Source: Acidobacteriota bacterium (GTDB taxonomy: Bacteria; Acidobacteriota; Polarisedimenticolia; Gp22-AA2; AA152). Taken from it: a stretch of DNA of 64,000 bases. Positions within the stretch are counted from its first letter, which is position 1. Every line of letters starts with the position of its first letter. A program made the position numbers and the translations under genes. This document shows positions 58,763 to 64,000 of this stretch, piece after piece. The stretch is taken from assembly GCA_022616665.1 (NCBI GenBank), contig JAKEFJ010000028.1:14492-78491 (forward strand). Reading direction: 5' to 3'. The notes beneath the pieces were generated by a model that was not told the origin of the DNA, ran no database searches, and was given only the letters and a program-made list of their open reading frames with translations.

Positions 58763-59590
58763 ATGAATCGCAAAGTCATCATCAATGCCGATGAAATGGG
58801 AATCGATGAGCCCCGCAGCCATGGAATTCTGGAGGCACATGAAAAAGGAGTCGTGACCAGCGCCTCCATCATGGCCAATAGCCCCCTTCTGGAATCACTG
58901 GCGGGCCTGCTTCGCGGGCACTCGGGGTTGGGCGTGGGAGTCCACCTCAATCTGACTGAGGGCTCCCCGATTCTGTCCCATCCCCACACTCTGGCGGATC
59001 GTCAAGGCCATTTTTTCGAGAAAGCAGAGGCCCGTCGCAGGCTCATGGAAGGGCGGCTAGATCTGGAGGAGATCCGCTCCGAATTCGACCTCCAGATCCG
59101 GCGTGTCAAGGACGCCGGCATCGAGCCCACCCATTTGGACTCGCTCCACCATATCCACGTCTACCCCGGGGTCATGACCGCCCTCTGCTGGGCTGCAAAC
59201 CGCCACGGGATCGAAAAGGTGCGACTCCCGCGGGAGCCGGTTCCGTTGCCAGGGTCCGTGCCGTCGCAGATCTACTGGGAGCTGGTCCGATACCAGGGAC
59301 TGGTCAGCAAGGCTTCTGAAGTGCTGTTTGCAGAAGGCATGAAGACTTCCGATCACTTCCGGGGCATCGCCTTCTCCGGCGGAATTCACGTCGACCGATT
59401 CCTGGACGTGCTTGCCAGACTTCCGGAAGGGACGACGGAGGTCATGGTCCGGCCCGGAAAGCGGGAACCCGGGGGGAAGGGTTTTGTTTCCGAGGATAGG
59501 GAGCGGGAGCTGCGAATCCTCACCGATCCGGAGACTCGCTCCGCGATCGCGAAATACGGAATCGAGTTGATCAGCTATCGGAAGCTCTGA
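58763..59590 (+). CDS. YdjC/ChbG-family carbohydrate deacetylase
   Basis: N-terminal NADEMGID and HLDSLHH motifs of the YdjC family. Confidence 0.8.
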   Translation: MNRKVIINADEMGIDEPRSHGILEAHEKGVVTSASIMANSPLLESLAGLLRGHSGLGVGVHLNLTEGSPILSHPHTLADRQGHFFEKAEARRRLMEGRLDLEEIRSEFDLQIRRVKDAGIEPTHLDSLHHIHVYPGVMTALCWAANRHGIEKVRLPREPVPLPGSVPSQIYWELVRYQGLVSKASEVLFAEGMKTSDHFRGIAFSGGIHVDRFLDVLARLPEGTTEVMVRPGKREPGGKGFVSEDRERELRILTDPETRSAIAKYGIELISYRKL

Positions 59591-59599
59591 GAGAGCTCT

Positions 59600-61951
59600 T
59601 CAGTCCGAATCGTCCTCCCCGAAACTCCACCACCAATGGCGCCTGGCGTGCTTTTCGCAACGCTGGACGGGCTCGGTCCCCTCAATGAAGAGCTCCTCGA
59701 TTGTCTCCCTGCACTTCCAGGTGGCCAGCTGGCCCGTTTCAGGATCCACCTTTTCGCGAACCATCCCACCAGGCTCCGAAAAATCCGCTTTAGTCACACT
59801 CCCGGAACCCATCATGAAATCCACCCAAATGGGAAGGGCCGCCTGCGCTCCTGTGAGACCGAGAGCTCGGTTGTCGTCGTAACCGACCCACACCAGCGCC
59901 AAGACTTCGGGCGTATATCCGGCGAACCAGGCGTCGCGCAAGTCGTCGGTGGTGCCCGTCTTCCCTGCGGCCACCCCAGAAAAGCCCAGGGATGCAGCGG
60001 ACGATGCAGTCCCCCGGGAGAGCACTCCTTTGAGCAGGTCGGTGATCAAATATGCGGCCTGAGGAGAGAGGACCCTGGTGCTGGGCGACTCCTGGGGTTC
60101 CAAAGAACGGCCAAGGCGATCGGTTACGGCCCGAATGGCGCGGACAGGATTGCGAATTCCCCCTGAAGCCAGGGTGGTATAGGCGGCGGCCATTTCCAGG
60201 GGAGTGACTTCCGCGGTGCCCAGCGCCAGCGAGGGAACCTGCGGCAGCGGGCTCTCAACACCGCAGCGCCGCGCCAGCGTACTGACATGGTCCAATCCCA
60301 CCTGGGTGGCAGCTCGGATGGTCGCCACGTTGATCGACTCTTCCAAAGCCCTGCGCGTCGTCACGGTCCCGTGAAATTCGTGGTCGTAATTTTGCGGCGA
60401 GTAGGGTTTGCCCCCGGAGACAAGCTGCAGCGGCGAATCGTCCAGCGGCGTGGCCGCGCTGAATGAAAAGCTCGGGTCGAACTGGGCTCGATCGAAGCCG
60501 GCCAGATAAACGAAGGGCTTGAAGAGAGATCCCGGCTGGCGGTGAGCCTGATAGGTCCGATTGAACTGGCTCACACGATAATCCCGCCCCCCGACCAAGG
60601 CCAAAATGGACCCGTCGGAAACCCGCAGCGCCACCAGGGCACCTTGAAGGGATCCGGCAGGGTTTTTCCGAAGCACCGGGTAGCCGCGCTCGAGTCGCTC
60701 CAGACCTGCGCCTAGCGCTTCCTCGGCCTGTTCCTGCAGGTCCGGGTCCACCGTGCTGAAGATCCTCAGTCCCGCACCGGAAGGGGGAGAGTCGGGAAAG
60801 ACCCGCCGGACCTCTTCCTCCAAAAAGTCGACCAAGTAAGGCGCACGGTAGTTGACTGAGCGCTGGCGGGTAACGCCCAGGTCCTTCGACTTCGCCGCCA
60901 GGTGGGCCTTCTCCTTGAGATCCCCGGTTTCCACCATGGACTTCAGCACGCGATTTCGCCGGGCCAAGGCGGCCTGCGGATGCCGGTAGGGGTTGTACAT
61001 TCCCGGACTGCTGATCATCCCCGCCAGGAGCGCGGATTCGTTGAGCGTCAGCTCCGACGGGCGCTTGCGGAAATAGAATCGAGCGGCTTCACCCATCCCA
61101 CTGACCGCCACCGGCCCGCGCTGCCCCATGTAAACCTCGTTGAGGTACGCTTCCAGAATCTGATTCTTGGTGTAGCGCGCTTCCAGCATCACCGCCGCGG
61201 CCGTTTCCAGCGCCTTGCTGATGAGATCCCGCTTCCGATTCGCGTACAGGTTCTTGGCCAGCTGCTGCGTGATCGTGCTCCCCCCCTGAACCGCCCGTCT
61301 CTTGGAGACATCGACCCACAAAGCCCTGGCGACACCGCGCGGATCCACGCCCGCATGATGGAAATAATTCCGGTCTTCCACCGACAGGACGGCCCGGCGC
61401 AGCTCCACTGGAAACTGCTCGAGGGAATACCAGGTTCTCTCCTCCTGGAGCTCCTGGTAAAACGTCGCGATCAGCTCGGGCTCGATTCGCACCTTCTCCA
61501 GGTGCCTCCCGGTGTCCAGGCTGGTGATGCGTCGAATCTGGTTGCCGCGGAATTGCAGCCGGACTCGATCGCCCGGAAATTTCCCCTCGGGATAGTCGAA
61601 CTCCCGCAGCGCGAGGCGCAGTTCCTTTCCCGCGAGGACGAATTCACCGGGCCGGGTGGGCCCCTTATCGACCCTGCGGTACCCCAACCGGGCCAGGCGC
61701 GCCAACAGCGAATAGGCCGGCACTTCCTGCCCCTCGGCCAGCTCCATGATGTCCGAGTAGAGGCGTGAGGGGAACTGCTCCTGGCGCGCCTCGAACCGCC
61801 GCGTGACATCCAGATAGATGAGCCCCAGGGTGATGAGGGCAACCACAGCCAGGCCGAGCAGGAGGCGAAACAGCACCCCCCTCCCAGCTCCCCACCTCGG
61901 GCGGGCTCTTTGCGGACGGGATGCCCGTTCCTTGGTAGCTGAATCACCCAT
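59600..61951 (-). CDS. Class A penicillin-binding protein (PBP1A-like; glycosyltransferase GT51 + transpeptidase)
   Basis: GT51 motifs (EDRNYFHHAGVD, GGSTITQQLAKN), SxxK (SLFKP), and KTG (KTGTT). Start trimmed to MGDSATKER. Confidence 0.88.
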   Translation of the reverse strand: MGDSATKERASRPQRARPRWGAGRGVLFRLLLGLAVVALITLGLIYLDVTRRFEARQEQFPSRLYSDIMELAEGQEVPAYSLLARLARLGYRRVDKGPTRPGEFVLAGKELRLALREFDYPEGKFPGDRVRLQFRGNQIRRITSLDTGRHLEKVRIEPELIATFYQELQEERTWYSLEQFPVELRRAVLSVEDRNYFHHAGVDPRGVARALWVDVSKRRAVQGGSTITQQLAKNLYANRKRDLISKALETAAAVMLEARYTKNQILEAYLNEVYMGQRGPVAVSGMGEAARFYFRKRPSELTLNESALLAGMISSPGMYNPYRHPQAALARRNRVLKSMVETGDLKEKAHLAAKSKDLGVTRQRSVNYRAPYLVDFLEEEVRRVFPDSPPSGAGLRIFSTVDPDLQEQAEEALGAGLERLERGYPVLRKNPAGSLQGALVALRVSDGSILALVGGRDYRVSQFNRTYQAHRQPGSLFKPFVYLAGFDRAQFDPSFSFSAATPLDDSPLQLVSGGKPYSPQNYDHEFHGTVTTRRALEESINVATIRAATQVGLDHVSTLARRCGVESPLPQVPSLALGTAEVTPLEMAAAYTTLASGGIRNPVRAIRAVTDRLGRSLEPQESPSTRVLSPQAAYLITDLLKGVLSRGTASSAASLGFSGVAAGKTGTTDDLRDAWFAGYTPEVLALVWVGYDDNRALGLTGAQAALPIWVDFMMGSGSVTKADFSEPGGMVREKVDPETGQLATWKCRETIEELFIEGTEPVQRCEKHARRHWWWSFGEDDSD

Positions 61952-62150
61952 GAACGGCACCTCCCAAGGCGTCAAAGGAGGCCAGCGCGCGCTGCCGGAT
62001 GCGGGCAGATTTCCCACAGAGAGTGAACGCGAGCGGGGGCATTCCACACGGGAAATCTCGATTTTGTAAACCGCTTGCAAAGGCCTGAGACCGCTTCATA
62101 TTGAGTCCAGAGATTCGGCTTATCGGCAATTCAGTCACGGAGGATTTCTC

Positions 62151-62543
62151 ATGAACACTAAGAGGATACCGATTGCTTTGTTGAGCGCCTTCTGCCTGAC
62201 CGCCGGGATCACGCTGGCTGGCGCGGCGCCGGCCGCTCGAAAGTCGGTGGCCCCGGCCGTGGCCCACAGCTTCCATAAGATCACGATCGTAGCCGTCGAC
62301 GGGAAAATCACCCCCGACGTGGTCCGGGTCCGGCGAGGAGATCTGGTTCGCCTCACATTCCTTTCCAAGGATGCGACCTACGGAGTCTATATTCCGGTCC
62401 TCAAGTTGAAGGGGAAAGCGACTCCGGAGCGACCGGTGACTTTCGAGTTCGCCGCGAGCTCCGAGGGTGAATACGAAATGCGCTGCACGAAGTACTGGGG
62501 TTTCAAGCACTGGTCGGAGAACGGCAAGATCGTGGTGGAGTAG
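62151..62543 (+). CDS. Secreted cupredoxin-like domain protein
   Basis: Signal peptide plus ~100-aa beta-sandwich-like sequence resembling Cupredoxin_1 (HKITIVAVDGKITPDVVRVRRGD). Confidence 0.55.
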   Translation: MNTKRIPIALLSAFCLTAGITLAGAAPAARKSVAPAVAHSFHKITIVAVDGKITPDVVRVRRGDLVRLTFLSKDATYGVYIPVLKLKGKATPERPVTFEFAASSEGEYEMRCTKYWGFKHWSENGKIVVE

Positions 62544-62551
62544 GCCCGGAT

Positions 62552-64000
62552 TCACCTGCCAACCTCTTTCTCCACCTGATTCACCAGGCGCTGGACGTCC
62601 ACAACTCTCCCGGCGATGACCACGCGATCCACTGCCCGCAAGAGCCGAAGTTGCTTGAGGGGATCGCCGCGCACGATGAGCAGATCGGCCCGCTTGCCGA
62701 CTTCCACCGTCCCCTGGTCCTCTAGAACTCCGAGCAGTCGAGCGCTCTCCTGAGTTGCGGAGCGGATCGCCTCGAGAGGCGACAGACCACCCTGGTTCAA
62801 CAGCTCGATCTCGGTGTGAAGATTGCCGTGAAAGGTGAATCCGCTCCCGGCGTCGCTCCCCGCCGCCAATGAAACCCCCGCCTCGTGCAGGCGCCCGATC
62901 TCCTCCAGGGATATTTGCATGCGACGTCTGCCGGCCGCCGCCATGGCCTGCCGTTTGGAATTATGGGCAAAATCCTCGAGGTTCAACGCCAGAACATGGC
63001 GCTGAAAGGGCGTGAGGCGGAGGCGCAACGATGGATCATCGCTCAGATCAGAGATCATCGGACCGTAAGTTTCGCCCACCTCCGCCGAGAGAGTGGGCAC
63101 GATGGTGATGTGCCGGGCGAGGATCTCAGGGACGAGACCTGAGGTTGAGTAGAGGGTGTCGGGAACTCCCAGGGGATCCCAGCTGCCCGGCATGTGCTCG
63201 AGGCTGTCCACCCCGGCAGTGACCGCAATTTTCAGGTCCACCGCCGTGGCCGCCGCCACGTGGGCTGCAACGGGGAGACCACGCTCATGTGCGGCTTCCA
63301 CGATGGAACGGACTACCTCAGGCTTCATGCAGGGAATTGCACTCTGATTCACCGTTCGGCTGGTCACCGCGATCTTGATGACCTCCGCACCACCCAGTGC
63401 CAGCTCCTCGACGCGCTCGCGTCCCTCTACTGGAGAGGCTATCTCAATCGCCTGGGGGGCACCATAACCCCCCGGGGCAGTCAGCATCGGGCCGGCATAG
63501 ATGAGACGCGCTCCCAGCGTGGGCTCCTCCTGCAGCTGCTTCGTCAGTTTCCTTCCTATCTCCAAAGGCATGTGCATGTCGCGGACCTGCGTCACACCTC
63601 CCAGCAGCTCCGCGCGGAGGCTGCGTCGAAATACCTCTTCTGCCTGGGACTGACGGCGAGCAAATGTGAAGCTGACCACGCCACTAGTGCGCAGATGGAC
63701 ATGGGCATCGATCAAACCGGGGAGAATCGTCTCGCCTCGAGCGTGCACCACCTCGGATCCGCGAGGTCTTGGAAAGCTCCCCGCCTTGCCGATTTTCTTG
63801 ATGCGGTCTCCCTCCACCAGGACCCAGACGTGAGGAATTGGGGGGTTCCCGGTACCATCGACGAGAGCTCCCCCTTTGATCAGGACCGTACGCGACTCGG
63901 CGGAGGAAAAGCCCGCAGGGATCGGGGCAAGCAGAGCGATTAGACTCAGAATGACAGCGGCTGCCGGGGGACGGAGTAGCCCGTCTGGGCCCGCTGGTCC
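62552..64000 (-). CDS. Amidohydrolase-family metal-dependent hydrolase, 5'-truncated by window end
   Basis: HVH metal-binding motif (LIDAHVHL) and C-terminal motifs (GSDAG, GKRADLLIV). The reading frame stays open to the window end with a signal-peptide-like sequence and no start codon inside the window. Confidence 0.8.
   Translation of the reverse strand, partial: GPAGPDGLLRPPAAAVILSLIALLAPIPAGFSSAESRTVLIKGGALVDGTGNPPIPHVWVLVEGDRIKKIGKAGSFPRPRGSEVVHARGETILPGLIDAHVHLRTSGVVSFTFARRQSQAEEVFRRSLRAELLGGVTQVRDMHMPLEIGRKLTKQLQEEPTLGARLIYAGPMLTAPGGYGAPQAIEIASPVEGRERVEELALGGAEVIKIAVTSRTVNQSAIPCMKPEVVRSIVEAAHERGLPVAAHVAAATAVDLKIAVTAGVDSLEHMPGSWDPLGVPDTLYSTSGLVPEILARHITIVPTLSAEVGETYGPMISDLSDDPSLRLRLTPFQRHVLALNLEDFAHNSKRQAMAAAGRRRMQISLEEIGRLHEAGVSLAAGSDAGSGFTFHGNLHTEIELLNQGGLSPLEAIRSATQESARLLGVLEDQGTVEVGKRADLLIVRGDPLKQLRLLRAVDRVVIAGRVVDVQRLVNQVEKEVGR

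Noticed and set aside
59636-61768. Plus-strand ORFs inside the PBP1A gene
   Set aside because: Antisense to GT51/transpeptidase motifs.

Overview
High-GC (~65%) bacterial chromosomal segment, with gene content suggesting an Acidobacteria-like organism (CarboxypepD_reg/TonB-dependent outer-membrane receptor, many short gene overlaps, GTG/TTG starts). About 55 protein-coding genes were called from the ORF track by recognising conserved protein families. Many long ORFs on the opposite strand are GC-driven shadow ORFs and were rejected. Called content, in order: peptide ABC permeases; an HD-GYP response regulator; polA; glyA; a heat-shock cluster (clpB-hsp20-htpX-grpE) fronted by a near-consensus sigma70 promoter in an AT-rich island; a long minus-strand operon coupling a MEMO1-like protein, LptD (carrying a tandem Ca-binding-motif insert), two SDR sugar-type enzymes, a fused polyprenol-kinase/DUF92 protein, a UbiA prenyltransferase and a secreted alkaline-phosphatase-family phosphodiesterase; a CN-hydrolase coupled to a B12-radical SAM protein with TPR repeats; RluD; a tryptophanase/tyrosine phenol-lyase; a selenocysteine (in-frame TGA) NAD-type formate dehydrogenase whose alpha subunit is split and permuted around a NuoE-NuoF fusion; a translationally coupled FAD-oxidoreductase/radical-SAM-SPASM/metallophosphoesterase trio of unknown function; efp; nadE; rsmI; a PSP1 protein; smpB; a PF04392 binding protein with a hybrid histidine kinase; a TonB-dependent receptor behind an AT-rich regulatory island; thiS-thiG with an unknown upstream partner; an NtrC-family activator divergent from a sigma54 promoter driving a 62-aa ORF; a GAF-GGDEF plus GGDEF-EAL pair; a class IV aminotransferase; a BtuF-like binding protein; a DEAD-box helicase; a CPBP protease; a YdjC deacetylase; PBP1A; a cupredoxin-like protein; and an amidohydrolase truncated at the window end. 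No rRNA, tRNA, CRISPR or mobile element was recognised. The best candidates for undescribed biology are the polyprenyl-lipid operon coupled to lptD, the coupled FAD/rSAM-SPASM/phosphoesterase trio, and the split Sec-FDH.
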